DNA of 64,000 nt from Verrucomicrobiota bacterium (GTDB lineage Bacteria; Verrucomicrobiota; Verrucomicrobiia; Limisphaerales; UBA9464), in the NCBI GenBank assembly GCA_008933025.1, contig WBXI01000001.1:8998-72997 (forward strand), in the 5' to 3' direction. The notes beneath the pieces are model-generated. The model saw only the letters and a list, made by a program, of their open reading frames with translations, was not told the origin of the DNA and did no database searches. The translations under genes were made by a program, and so were the position numbers. Below, piece after piece: positions 29,714 through 38,759 of this stretch. Within the stretch, counting starts at the first letter, position 1. Each line of letters begins with the position of its first letter.

Positions 29714-29766
29714 CGCGCCGATTTGCGACCCGCCTCCCCACGGATGCGTGTCGCCCGACGCACTCC

Positions 29767-30939
29767 ATGAGCAATCGCGCCGTACTCGCCCTCGCCGATG
29801 GCACCGTATTCCATGGCACCGCCTTCGGTGCCCGCGCCACGGCCGTCGGCGAAGTTTGCTTCAACACCTCGATGACGGGGTATCAGGAAATCCTCACCGA
29901 CCCGTCCTACAAGGGACAGATCGTGACGATGACCTATCCGCACATCGGCAACTACGGCGTCAACAAGGTGGACGTCGAGTCCTGGCGGGCACATGCCGCG
30001 GGTTTCGTCATCCGCGAACTCAGCCCGGTCGTCAGCAACTGGCGCTCGGATTGGTCGCTCCACGAGTACCTCGTCGAGGCCGGCATTCCCGGCATCCAGG
30101 GCATCGATACCCGCGCGTTGGTCAAGAAACTCCGCGTGCAGGGCGCCATGCCCGGCACGATTTCGACCGAGGACATCTCGGATGCCGATGCGGTCGCCCG
30201 CGCGAAGGGATGGGGCGGCATGGAAGGCCGCGACTACGTGCAGGAGGTCACCCACCGCGAGTCGTTCCTGTGGGATCCGTCGGACACGGACAGCCCGGCC
30301 TTCACGCTGATGCAGGGGAGCGAGCCACCGGCCCGTCCGCCGCGCGATCTCCGGAAGCCGCTTCCGGCGGCGGACATCCCCATCGTCGCCTACGATTTCG
30401 GCATCAAGTACAACATCCTGCGACGGCTCCGGCAAAAAGGGTTCCAAGTCCGCGTGGTCCCCGCGTCGACGCCGGCGTCGGAAGTGTTGAAGTTCAAGCC
30501 GGCGGGCATTTTCCTCTCGAACGGTCCCGGGGATCCGGCGGCGTTGGGCGGCATTGTCGCGGAGATCCGGAAGCTGGTGGACTCGGGCACGCCGATCTTC
30601 GGGATCTGCCTCGGCCACCAGATCCTCGGACAGGCGATGGGCGGGCGCACCTTCAAGCTCAAGTTCGGCCATCGCGGGGGCAACCAACCGGTCAAGGACC
30701 TCGAGACGGGCCGGGTCGAGATCACCTCGCAGAACCATGGATTCGCCGTGGATCCCGCGTCGCTGCCCTCCGACGTGTCGGTGAACCGGATCAACCTCAA
30801 CGACCAGACGGTCGAGGGCCTCCGCCACAAGACGAAGCCGGTGTTTTGCGTCCAGTACCACCCGGAGGCCTCGCCGGGACCGCACGACAGCACCGCGTTG
30901 TTCGACGAATTCCGGTCGTTGATTCTCAAGCGCGGCTGA
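29767..30939 (+). CDS. carA: carbamoyl-phosphate synthase small (glutaminase) subunit
   Basis: 390 aa. [59 protein letters not shown]. Confidence 0.95.
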   Translation: MSNRAVLALADGTVFHGTAFGARATAVGEVCFNTSMTGYQEILTDPSYKGQIVTMTYPHIGNYGVNKVDVESWRAHAAGFVIRELSPVVSNWRSDWSLHEYLVEAGIPGIQGIDTRALVKKLRVQGAMPGTISTEDISDADAVARAKGWGGMEGRDYVQEVTHRESFLWDPSDTDSPAFTLMQGSEPPARPPRDLRKPLPAADIPIVAYDFGIKYNILRRLRQKGFQVRVVPASTPASEVLKFKPAGIFLSNGPGDPAALGGIVAEIRKLVDSGTPIFGICLGHQILGQAMGGRTFKLKFGHRGGNQPVKDLETGRVEITSQNHGFAVDPASLPSDVSVNRINLNDQTVEGLRHKTKPVFCVQYHPEASPGPHDSTALFDEFRSLILKRG

Positions 30940-30992
30940 AGTCCGCCATTGACCCCCCCACGGCACGACCGCTTAACTGCACTTACCAACCT

Positions 30993-31475
30993 ATGGCGAA
31001 ACTGGTCGTCCTCACAGAAGGCTTTACCGGCCGGACCGTTGAATTGACGGCGACCAAAACCACGGTCGGGCGCGTCGAAGACAACGCGTTCTGCATCCCC
31101 GAAGCGTCCGTCAGCAGTCATCACTGCGAAGTGTGGCTGAAAGGCGACGACGTGGTGGTCAAGGACCTGAACTCGACCAACGGCACGTTCCTGCACGAAG
31201 TCGCGCTGGCTCCCGAAAAGGAAGGAATCCTGAAGCCCGGCCAGATCCTGCGCCTGGGTCAGGTCGAACTCCGCTACGAGACCGGCAAGAAGCAGATGGA
31301 ACAGGCCCGTCCCACCGTCCGCCTCGGCGAGGGCAACACCATGGTCGTCGCCAAAGAAGCCGGCTTCGGCAAGAAGAGCAACAAGGTCAACAAGATCTTC
31401 CTCGCCGTCGGCGTCGTGCTCGGCCTGGTGATCGTGGGTGCCCTTTCGTTTGTTTTCCTGAACCTCGGCAAGTAG
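30993..31475 (+). CDS. FHA-domain protein with C-terminal transmembrane anchor
   Basis: 160 aa. TVGRVEDNAFCIPEASVSSHHCEVW..VVKDLNSTNGTF.. (FHA), and a C-terminal IFLAVGVVLGLVIVGALSFVFL. Confidence 0.8.
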   Translation: MAKLVVLTEGFTGRTVELTATKTTVGRVEDNAFCIPEASVSSHHCEVWLKGDDVVVKDLNSTNGTFLHEVALAPEKEGILKPGQILRLGQVELRYETGKKQMEQARPTVRLGEGNTMVVAKEAGFGKKSNKVNKIFLAVGVVLGLVIVGALSFVFLNLGK

Positions 31476-31487
31476 GTCCGGCCCCGT

Positions 31488-32018
31488 TCAGTAACGGACC
31501 AAGGCGCGCACCGGGTGCGCCCCCAACCGCTTCCGGCCGTCGAGGAATCCGAGTTCGATCACGAAGTTCACCCCCACGATCCGGGCCCCGAGCTTCTCCA
31601 GCAGGGACACGGCGGCCGACGCCGTCCCGCCCGTCGCCAGCAGGTCGTCCAGCAACAACACCCGCTCGCCCGCCTGCACCGCGTCGACGTGCACCGCCAC
31701 CGTCGCCGACCCGTATTCGAGATCGTAGCTCTGCTCGTGCGTCGCGAACGGCAACTTGCCCTTCTTGCGCACCGGAACGAAACCCGCCCCGAGCTTCACG
31801 GCCGCAGCCGCGGCAAAAATGAAGCCGCGCGCGTCGATCCCCACCACCTTGTCCACGCTGCCCGGCCGCACCCCCTCGAGCAGGTGGTCGATCACTCCCC
31901 CGAACAAACGCCCGTCCGCCAGGACCGGGGTGATGTCCTTGAATTGGATCCCGGGCTTGGGGAAGTCGGGAACGTTGCGGATGGCGGCCTCGATCTCGGA
32001 GATGGGAACCGGATGCAT
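31488..32018 (-). CDS. apt: adenine phosphoribosyltransferase
   Basis: 176 aa from the ATG at 32018. FPKPGIQFKDITP..VVGIDARGFIF..VLLLDDLLATGGTA. Confidence 0.92.
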   Translation of the reverse strand: MHPVPISEIEAAIRNVPDFPKPGIQFKDITPVLADGRLFGGVIDHLLEGVRPGSVDKVVGIDARGFIFAAAAAVKLGAGFVPVRKKGKLPFATHEQSYDLEYGSATVAVHVDAVQAGERVLLLDDLLATGGTASAAVSLLEKLGARIVGVNFVIELGFLDGRKRLGAHPVRALVRY

Positions 32019-32112
32019 TTCGGCGCGCGTTGTCGCGGAGCCGGCGTCCACCGTCAAGCCGTCCGTGCCGCGAATTGCCAAACGCAGGCCGCCGCCGTAT
32101 ACACCCGGCGCC

Positions 32113-32622
32113 TTGCCGACCCGCCCTACAGGAAACCACGACCTGCCGGTACCCGCCGTCGACTCGCCGTCGCGCCGCCGCCTCCCGCCGCTGCTGCGCC
32201 GCGCTTGGTACGGTCTCAACCAGGCATTCCGACGCCGCATCGCCCACACCGGCGTCACTCCCGACCAGTTCACCGCCATGCGGACCCTCCTCGAGGGCGA
32301 CGCCGCCGGCCTTACCCAGCGCGATCTCACCACCCTCATGTCGTCGGATCCCAACACGGTCGCCTCGTTGCTCGAAAGGATGGAAGGCGCCGGCTGGATC
32401 TCGCGCAAACCCCACGAGTCCGACCGGCGGGCCTATCGGATCCGACTGCTCGAACCGGGACGGATCCAGTACGAAGCGTGCCGCGCGATCGCCGTCGACC
32501 TGCAGTCGGAGGTGCTCGCGGTGCTCCCGGAGACGGAACGCGGGGAATTCCTCGCGCATCTCGATTTGGTATCGATGGCCTGCCGACGGGCCGCCGATGC
32601 CTCCCCACGATCGCCCCGCTGA
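32113..32622 (+). CDS. MarR-family transcriptional regulator (start uncertain: TTG 32113, GTG 32065 or ATG 32002)
   Basis: LLRRAWYGLNQAFRRRIAHTGVTPDQFTAMRTL..LTQRDLTTLMSSDPNTVASLLERMEGAGWISRKPHESDRRAYRIRL is a winged-helix MarR pattern. Confidence 0.75.
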   Translation: MPTRPTGNHDLPVPAVDSPSRRRLPPLLRRAWYGLNQAFRRRIAHTGVTPDQFTAMRTLLEGDAAGLTQRDLTTLMSSDPNTVASLLERMEGAGWISRKPHESDRRAYRIRLLEPGRIQYEACRAIAVDLQSEVLAVLPETERGEFLAHLDLVSMACRRAADASPRSPR

Positions 32623-32629
32623 TCCCATC

Positions 32630-33514
32630 ATGTTCGAGGCCCCGCCGATCGCCCCGCCACCCGCGCCGCCCCCCCTGCCGTTTTACCGTTCGGAGCGACC
32701 GGTCCCGCGCTGGGGTTCGGCCGCGATGTTCGTCCTTCTCGCGGCCTACGTCCTTTACGCCGGTCTCAGCGGCAGCGCCGCCACCGCCAAGGACCCGGCC
32801 CTGCCGTCCACCCCGCTCGGGCTTTTCTGGTCCACGGGACTCCATCTGCTGGTGTTCGCGGTGGTGTTCGCCCTCGCGTGGTTGGCGGGTCGGCCCTCGC
32901 GGGCCGAACTTTACGCGGCGCAAAAGGTTCAGGTCCTCACCTTCGTCTTCGGCTTCGCCTGGTCCCTCGTCCTGCGGGCCGGCATCCTCCTCCTCGGCCT
33001 CGTCGTGATCGGCGCCTCCATGGCGTTGCACTCGGGCATCGGCGCCGAATCGCTCCAGCAACTGCGGCCGAAGATCGAGAATCTTTTCGATCCCAAGGCA
33101 CTCGCCAACCCGTACTTCGTCCTCCTCTGCACGACGTGGGTCAGCTTCGTCGTCGCCGGATTGCGCGAGGAACTCTGGCGGGCCGGCGTCATCGCTTCCC
33201 TCCGCGCCCTCTTTCCCGCCGAATGGCCGGGACGCCGCTGGGAATGGCTCGCCGTCGTCATCGCCGCCGCCATCTTCGGCCTGGGCCACCTCACCCAGGG
33301 CTGGGGCGCCGTCGCCCTCACCGCGGCCCTGGGACTCGGCCTCGGCGGCATCATGGTGGTCCGACGCTCCCTCCCCGAGGCCATCCTCGCCCACGGCTTC
33401 TTCGACGCCCTCACCTTCGCTGCCCTCACCCTCATCTCGAACAAGGACCTGCTGCGGAAACTCGTTTCCGATCCGGAACTCCTCAGGCAGTTGGACCAAA
33501 TCCTCGGTCGCTGA
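32630..33514 (+). CDS. CPBP-family intramembrane glutamic endopeptidase (CAAX protease/Abi)
   Basis: 294 aa, multi-TM. Motifs GLREELWRAG, FGLGH and ILAHGFFD. Confidence 0.75.
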   Translation: MFEAPPIAPPPAPPPLPFYRSERPVPRWGSAAMFVLLAAYVLYAGLSGSAATAKDPALPSTPLGLFWSTGLHLLVFAVVFALAWLAGRPSRAELYAAQKVQVLTFVFGFAWSLVLRAGILLLGLVVIGASMALHSGIGAESLQQLRPKIENLFDPKALANPYFVLLCTTWVSFVVAGLREELWRAGVIASLRALFPAEWPGRRWEWLAVVIAAAIFGLGHLTQGWGAVALTAALGLGLGGIMVVRRSLPEAILAHGFFDALTFAALTLISNKDLLRKLVSDPELLRQLDQILGR

Positions 33515-33525
33515 CCCCCCATCCC

Positions 33526-34734
33526 ATGGCCACCATCGCCGTCCTCGGCACCCTCGATACCAAAGGCGAAGAACACGGCTACGTCGCCTCGTTGATCCGC
33601 CAACGCGGACACCAAGCCCTCCTGGTCGACGTCGGCACGCTCGAAGCACCGCGGATCCAACCGGATGTCCCCCGCACCGAGATCGCCACGGCCGCCGGCG
33701 CCGACCTTGCCGGCGTCGTCGCCCGGCGCGACCGCGGCGAGGCCGTCGGCATGATGGCAAAGGGCGCGCCCCTCGTGCTGGAGCGCCTGCAGCGCGAAGG
33801 CCGGATCCAGGGAGTGATTTCCCTGGGGGGCGGGGGTGGCACGGCCATCTGCACCGCCGCCATGCGCGCTTTGCCGATCGGCTTTCCCAAGCTGATGGTC
33901 TCCACCCTCGCGAGCGGCAACACCGCCCCCTACGTGGGCGTGAAGGACATCGTCATGATGCCCAGCGTCGTCGATGTCGCCGGCCTGAACCGACTCTCGC
34001 GCGTGCTGCTCGCCCAGGCTGCCGGCGCCATCTGCGGCATGGTCGAGACCGTCGTCCCCGCCGGCGGCGCGGACAAACCGGTCGTGGTCGCCTCCCAGTT
34101 CGGCAACACCACCGCCTGCATCACCCGCGCCCGCGAGGTCCTCGAGGCAGCCGGCCTCGAGGTCATGGTCTTCGCCGCCACCGGCAACGGTGGCCGCACC
34201 CTGGAATCCCTCGTCGAAAGCGGCCTCGTCGCCGGCGTGCTCGACGTCACCACCACCGAGTGGGCGGACGAATTCGTCGGCGGCGTTCTGGGCGCGGGCC
34301 CCACCCGACTCGAGGCGGCCGCACGGAACGGCGTCCCCGCCATCCTCGCGCCCGGTTGCCTCGACATGGTCAACTTCGGCGAGCGCTCCGGCGTCCCGGA
34401 AAAGTTCCGCGACCGCCGCTTCTACCAGCACAACGCCCAGGTGACCCTGATGCGCACCACGCCCGACGAATGCGCCGCCATCGGCCGGATCCTCGCGGAG
34501 AAGGCGAATCTGTCGAAGGGTCCCGTGACGGTATTGATCCCACTCGGCGGCATCAGCGTGATCAGCGCGCCGGGACAACCGTTCCATTGGCCGGAAGCCG
34601 ACGCCGCGTTGTTCGGCGAATGGAAGCGCCACCTGCGCGCCGACATTCCCGTGATCGAGTACCCCGGCAACATCAACGACCCGGCGTTCGCCGAACTCTG
34701 CGCGAACGAACTCCTCCGCAACATGCGGCGCTGA
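33526..34734 (+). CDS. UPF0261 / Tm-1-like ATP-binding domain protein
   Basis: 402 aa. MATIAVLGTLDTKGEEHGY..GVISLGGGGGT..PKLMVSTLASGNT..MMPSVVDVAGLN is characteristic of UPF0261. Confidence 0.7.
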   Translation: MATIAVLGTLDTKGEEHGYVASLIRQRGHQALLVDVGTLEAPRIQPDVPRTEIATAAGADLAGVVARRDRGEAVGMMAKGAPLVLERLQREGRIQGVISLGGGGGTAICTAAMRALPIGFPKLMVSTLASGNTAPYVGVKDIVMMPSVVDVAGLNRLSRVLLAQAAGAICGMVETVVPAGGADKPVVVASQFGNTTACITRAREVLEAAGLEVMVFAATGNGGRTLESLVESGLVAGVLDVTTTEWADEFVGGVLGAGPTRLEAAARNGVPAILAPGCLDMVNFGERSGVPEKFRDRRFYQHNAQVTLMRTTPDECAAIGRILAEKANLSKGPVTVLIPLGGISVISAPGQPFHWPEADAALFGEWKRHLRADIPVIEYPGNINDPAFAELCANELLRNMRR

Positions 34735-34768
34735 CCGCGGCCCCGCGCCCGGCGGGGGCGGGACAGGA

Positions 34769-35185
34769 TCAGGCGGTCCCCAACCGGCGCCGCAACCGCG
34801 CCAGCAACCGCGGCTCGTTCCGGCGTTTCAATTCGTGTTGCCAGACCCGCACCACGGTCCAACCGCGCGACTTCAACGTCCGGTTGACCCGCCGGTCCCG
34901 GGCCCGGTTCGCGTCCAGCTTGGCCGCCCAGAACGCGCGGTTCGTCCGCGGTATCCGTGCGTGCGCCGCGCAGGCATGCCAAAAACAACCGTCGACGAAC
35001 ACCGCCACCCTCGAGGCCGCGAACACGAAATCCGGTTTCCCAAAAACCGGCCGGCGGCGTCGCCATCCCGTGATGCCGTGCGCGCGGAACAACCGCGCCA
35101 ACGCCAATTCCGTCGACTCGTTGCCGTGCCCGCGGATCCGCGACATGCGTTCCGATCGCTCCGCCTTGCTCAAGAAATCCACCAT
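34769..35185 (-). CDS. vsr: very-short-patch repair endonuclease
   Basis: 138 aa from the ATG at 35185. SKAERSERMSRIRGHGNESTELALARLF..GKPDFVF..VAVFVDGCFWH..NRAFWAAKLDANRARD..L..GW.V.RVWQHE. Confidence 0.85.
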   Translation of the reverse strand: MVDFLSKAERSERMSRIRGHGNESTELALARLFRAHGITGWRRRRPVFGKPDFVFAASRVAVFVDGCFWHACAAHARIPRTNRAFWAAKLDANRARDRRVNRTLKSRGWTVVRVWQHELKRRNEPRLLARLRRRLGTA

Positions 35186-35417
35186 GTTTCTCGCCCGGTA
35201 TGCCAACCCGCCTCGCTCCCCCGTCCCCGCGGAGGCTTCATCGACTTCCCCGCCCGGAGAAAGCCGAAACTCCCGGCCCGGGCAGGCGCGCGGTTTTCCA
35301 CGGGAAGGGATGCGCCCATCGATTGGGAAGCGTTTTGGTGCCGTTCCGTAACACGTCCGTCGCGGCGTTGCGCGATGTTCACGTGCCCCCGCCAGCGTTG
35401 CCCGCCAACATCGACCC

Positions 35418-36227
35418 ATGGCTCTCGCCGCGAACGAAGTCGTCCCGCCTAACCCCGCCAACGCCGCCGAAACAACCGTCGGATCGCGCGTGCTCGCCCG
35501 AGTCCGGCACCCTGCCGCCTACCGCGTCCGCCTCGCCGCCTCGTCCGGGGACGTCGTCGCCGCCCAGAAGCTGCGTTTCGAGGTCTTCAACCTCGAACGC
35601 AACGAGGGCCTCGCGTCGTCCCACGCCACGCGCCGCGACGAGGATCCTTTCGACGCCCATTGCCACCATCTCCTCGTGGAGTCGGTTTCCACCGGCGAGA
35701 TCGTCGGGACCTATCGGCTCCAGACCGGCGCGATGGCCCGCCGCAACCTCGGCTATTACTCCGCGCAGGAATTCCAGTTGGCCCCGTTCGAATCCGTCCG
35801 CGGCGAACTGGTGGAACTCGGCCGCGCGTGCGTCCACCGCTCCCACCGGAATCTCCGCGTGCTGTCGCTCCTGTGGCGCGGGGTGGTCGACTACGCGCGG
35901 GGCCATGCCTGCCGCTATTTCGTCGGCTGCAGTTCGATGCCGGGGCTGGACCCACGCGACGGCGCCGCGGCATACCTCGAACTGGGATCGCGCCATCTCG
36001 TCGATGCCCCGTTCCGCACGCACCCGTTGCCTGCCTATGCCTGCGCCCTGGACCGGGTCGCGGCGGAAGCACCGCGCATTCCCCCGCTTCTCCGGGCGTA
36101 CCTCTCCTTGGGCGCCCGGATCTGCGGCGCGCCCGCGTTGGACCGCGATTTCAAAACCATCGACTTCCTGACCTGGATGGATCTGGCCGCGCTGCCGGCG
36201 GCCGCACGGCACATCCTCGGGAGCTGA
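35418..36227 (+). CDS. GNAT-type N-acyltransferase, OlsB-like (ornithine/amino-acid lipid synthesis)
   Basis: 269 aa. AQKLRFEVFNLE..DEDPFDAHCHHLLV..GTYRL..ELGRACVHRSHRN resembles OlsB/hemolysin-like acyltransferases. It is followed 2 nt later by an LPLAT-family gene. Confidence 0.65.
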   Translation: MALAANEVVPPNPANAAETTVGSRVLARVRHPAAYRVRLAASSGDVVAAQKLRFEVFNLERNEGLASSHATRRDEDPFDAHCHHLLVESVSTGEIVGTYRLQTGAMARRNLGYYSAQEFQLAPFESVRGELVELGRACVHRSHRNLRVLSLLWRGVVDYARGHACRYFVGCSSMPGLDPRDGAAAYLELGSRHLVDAPFRTHPLPAYACALDRVAAEAPRIPPLLRAYLSLGARICGAPALDRDFKTIDFLTWMDLAALPAAARHILGS

Positions 36228-36229
36228 AA

Positions 36230-37057
36230 ATGATTCCTTCCCTGGCACGGGCCACGGGCCGCCTCCTGTCCTTCGCGACGACCGCGACCCACGGCGTCCT
36301 GCGTCGCCGCGTGCCCGGCCCGGTTGGCTGTGCCGATTACCTGCGGGAGGAGGCCTGCAGGATCGCCCACTGCATCCATCTCCGCACAGAGGCCGAAGGC
36401 AGCCCGAAGGGAGCCCAACTCATCGTCGCCAACCATCTCGGCTATCTCGACGTCGTCGCGCTCGCGACCCTCGGGCCCATGGCATTCGTCTCGAAGGCCG
36501 AGGTCGCTGCCTGGCCACTGCTTGGCAGCCTCGCGCGTCGCGCCGGCAGCATCTTCCTCGACCGCGACCGGCGCGGCGCCCTCGTCGCGGCGACCGACGC
36601 CATGCGCGCCCGCGTGGCCGCCGGGATCCCCGTGGTCGTGTTTCCCGAGGGAACGAGTTCCGACGGTTCCTCGGTGCTGCCCTTCCATGCGTCGTTGTTC
36701 GAGATCGCCGTCCGGGAAGGCTGGCGCGTCGTGCCGGCGGCCATCGCGTACGAATTGCCCGACGGCGGCGATCCCGCCACCGACGTGGCATACTGGGGCG
36801 GGATGACTTTCCTCCCCCATTTCCTCCACGTCCTCTCCCTGCCGAGGATCGTCGCGCGGATCCGGTTCGGCTCGGTGCGGGTGGCGACGGGCGACCGCAA
36901 AAAACTCGCGCGCCAGATGCATTCGGCGGTGGCGGGACTGCACGAGACATTGGCCGACGACGAACTCCTGCCGCCGGTCCACCGTGGCGGCGTGGGGACC
37001 CGGTGGACGGACGAAAGCTGGGAACGGGTGGACACACCGGGCCGTCTCCCCGGTTGA
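36230..37057 (+). CDS. lysophospholipid acyltransferase family (OlsA/PlsC-like)
   Basis: 275 aa. IVANHLGYLDV (H-x4-D) and VVVFPEGTSSDG motifs. Confidence 0.7.
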   Translation: MIPSLARATGRLLSFATTATHGVLRRRVPGPVGCADYLREEACRIAHCIHLRTEAEGSPKGAQLIVANHLGYLDVVALATLGPMAFVSKAEVAAWPLLGSLARRAGSIFLDRDRRGALVAATDAMRARVAAGIPVVVFPEGTSSDGSSVLPFHASLFEIAVREGWRVVPAAIAYELPDGGDPATDVAYWGGMTFLPHFLHVLSLPRIVARIRFGSVRVATGDRKKLARQMHSAVAGLHETLADDELLPPVHRGGVGTRWTDESWERVDTPGRLPG

Positions 37058-37128
37058 CCCCGGGAAGGCATCCGCGTCGCCGCGACGTCCGCCTTCCCGA
37101 CGCGGGGCGACGCGCGTAGAGTCCGGCC

Positions 37129-37872
37129 GTGGCCGCCGACATCGCGATCGTCGTTCCCGTCTTCAACGAGGCGGAGAACATCGCACCCTTGGTCGAGGAA
37201 CTGGCGCGCGTCTTCGCCGCCGAGGGCCGCGTCTGGGAAATCGTGCTCGTCGACGACTGCAGCACCGACGGCACCTGGGACCGCATCCGCGCGCTGCGCC
37301 GCGAACAACCGCGCCTCGTCGGCCTGCGCCACACCCGCAACATGGGCCAGAGCGCGGCCGTTTGGACCGGCATCGTGGGTACCGACGCCCCGCTGCTGTG
37401 CACCCTCGACGGCGATCTCCAGAACGACCCCGCCGAACTGCCCCGCATGCTGGCGATGCTCGGGTCCGACCTGGACTTCGTCTGCGGGCACCGCGTGAAC
37501 CGCCGGGACACCCTCGTGCGCCGGTGGTCCTCGCGCGTCGCCCGCGCGGCACGCAAGGCGGTGCTCCGGTACGATTTCGCGGACACCGGCTGTGCGCTGC
37601 GCGCCTTCAAGCGCGGCGCGTTGTCCGGGGTTTTCCCGTTCAACGGCCTCCATCGGTTCCTGCCGATCCTCGTCGCCGGCAATGGCAGCCGATGCCGCGA
37701 GGTCCCCGTCAACCACCGTCCGCGCGTCGCCGGCGTCAGCAAGTACGGGGTTTGGAACCGGCTCGGGCGCGGCATCGCCGACCTTTTCGGCGTGGCTTGG
37801 TACCAACGCCGCCGCCTGAATTTCCCGCCCGTCGACCGAGCGACCGCCGCGGACCCGTCCGGGCGCGGTTGA
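37129..37872 (+). CDS. glycosyltransferase family 2, polyprenyl-phosphate sugar transferase-like (DPM1/ArnC-like)
   Basis: 247 aa, GTG start. IVVPVFNEAENI..VLVDDCSTDGT..LDGDLQNDP. Confidence 0.8.
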   Translation: MAADIAIVVPVFNEAENIAPLVEELARVFAAEGRVWEIVLVDDCSTDGTWDRIRALRREQPRLVGLRHTRNMGQSAAVWTGIVGTDAPLLCTLDGDLQNDPAELPRMLAMLGSDLDFVCGHRVNRRDTLVRRWSSRVARAARKAVLRYDFADTGCALRAFKRGALSGVFPFNGLHRFLPILVAGNGSRCREVPVNHRPRVAGVSKYGVWNRLGRGIADLFGVAWYQRRRLNFPPVDRATAADPSGRG

Positions 37873-37962
37873 GGCAGAGCGATTTCCCCAACCCACGCTT
37901 GCGCGCGTGGACGCGACGGGCCACAACCGCGCCCCCCGGATTTACGGGCCTGATTCGACCGA

Positions 37963-38625
37963 ATGAAAACGAAGGGAATGACCGACGCGCAGTTCCTCGA
38001 CCTCCTCCAGAAAGTGTTGCCGGAGGCGACCCCGAACCCAGCCTTGGCGAGCGCCATCTACGCGTGCGTTGCCCGCGAGGTTCGCCTCCTGAACAGCGTC
38101 AAATCGCTGGAGAAATTCTGCACCGTGGGTTCCCTGCCCGACCTTGAGCCGGCGACCGTCCAGGGCTTCCGCGAACAGTTGGCCGGAAACTTCGGCCCCG
38201 AAAACGTCGTCGTCGAGGCCACCGAGGACGGCAGTGCCGTGGCCATCGAGATCGCGTTGCCCGACCGCAAGATCAGCAACCGGATCAAGGTCGTCCCGCC
38301 CGGCAGCGAACCGGAGGAAGAGGCCAAGGTTCCATTCGTGCCCTTCCCCGTGGCCTTGCCGGAGGACCCCGAATTGCTGTGGATCCTCGGCCGGCGCGAG
38401 GATCTCGCGCCCGACCAGGCCGCGATCGCGCTCGCCGGCATCGAGGAAGAGTTCTGGGAAAGCAAGGCCGGCCAAAAGATGCAGCGCGACCGGGTCGAGA
38501 AATCGTTTGCCGAGTTCGTGTCGCGGGTGCCCGCCGCCGCCCTCGCCGACCACGGCCTCAAGCGACACTACAAGATGCCGGAACCCCTCAAGGTGTTCCG
38601 CCGACTCCAGGCCGCGGAGGCGTAG
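37963..38625 (+). CDS. hypothetical protein (no recognisable family)
   Basis: 220 aa. Natural amino-acid composition and high GC3, in contrast to the Gly/Arg/Leu-rich antisense ORF 37942..40107. No signal peptide or TM seen. Confidence 0.6.
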   Translation: MKTKGMTDAQFLDLLQKVLPEATPNPALASAIYACVAREVRLLNSVKSLEKFCTVGSLPDLEPATVQGFREQLAGNFGPENVVVEATEDGSAVAIEIALPDRKISNRIKVVPPGSEPEEEAKVPFVPFPVALPEDPELLWILGRREDLAPDQAAIALAGIEEEFWESKAGQKMQRDRVEKSFAEFVSRVPAAALADHGLKRHYKMPEPLKVFRRLQAAEA

Positions 38626-38759
38626 GCCGCGATCGGCGGAGGGTCGGCTCCCTTGGCTCCCGGAGCGGGGGCCGAACTCCCCGCGCGACGTGCCTTGGGA
38701 AGACTGCGGGTTTCGTCGCGGTGCCGCCGCCCGCCGGGGGCCTTGCCACCGCACCCGCC

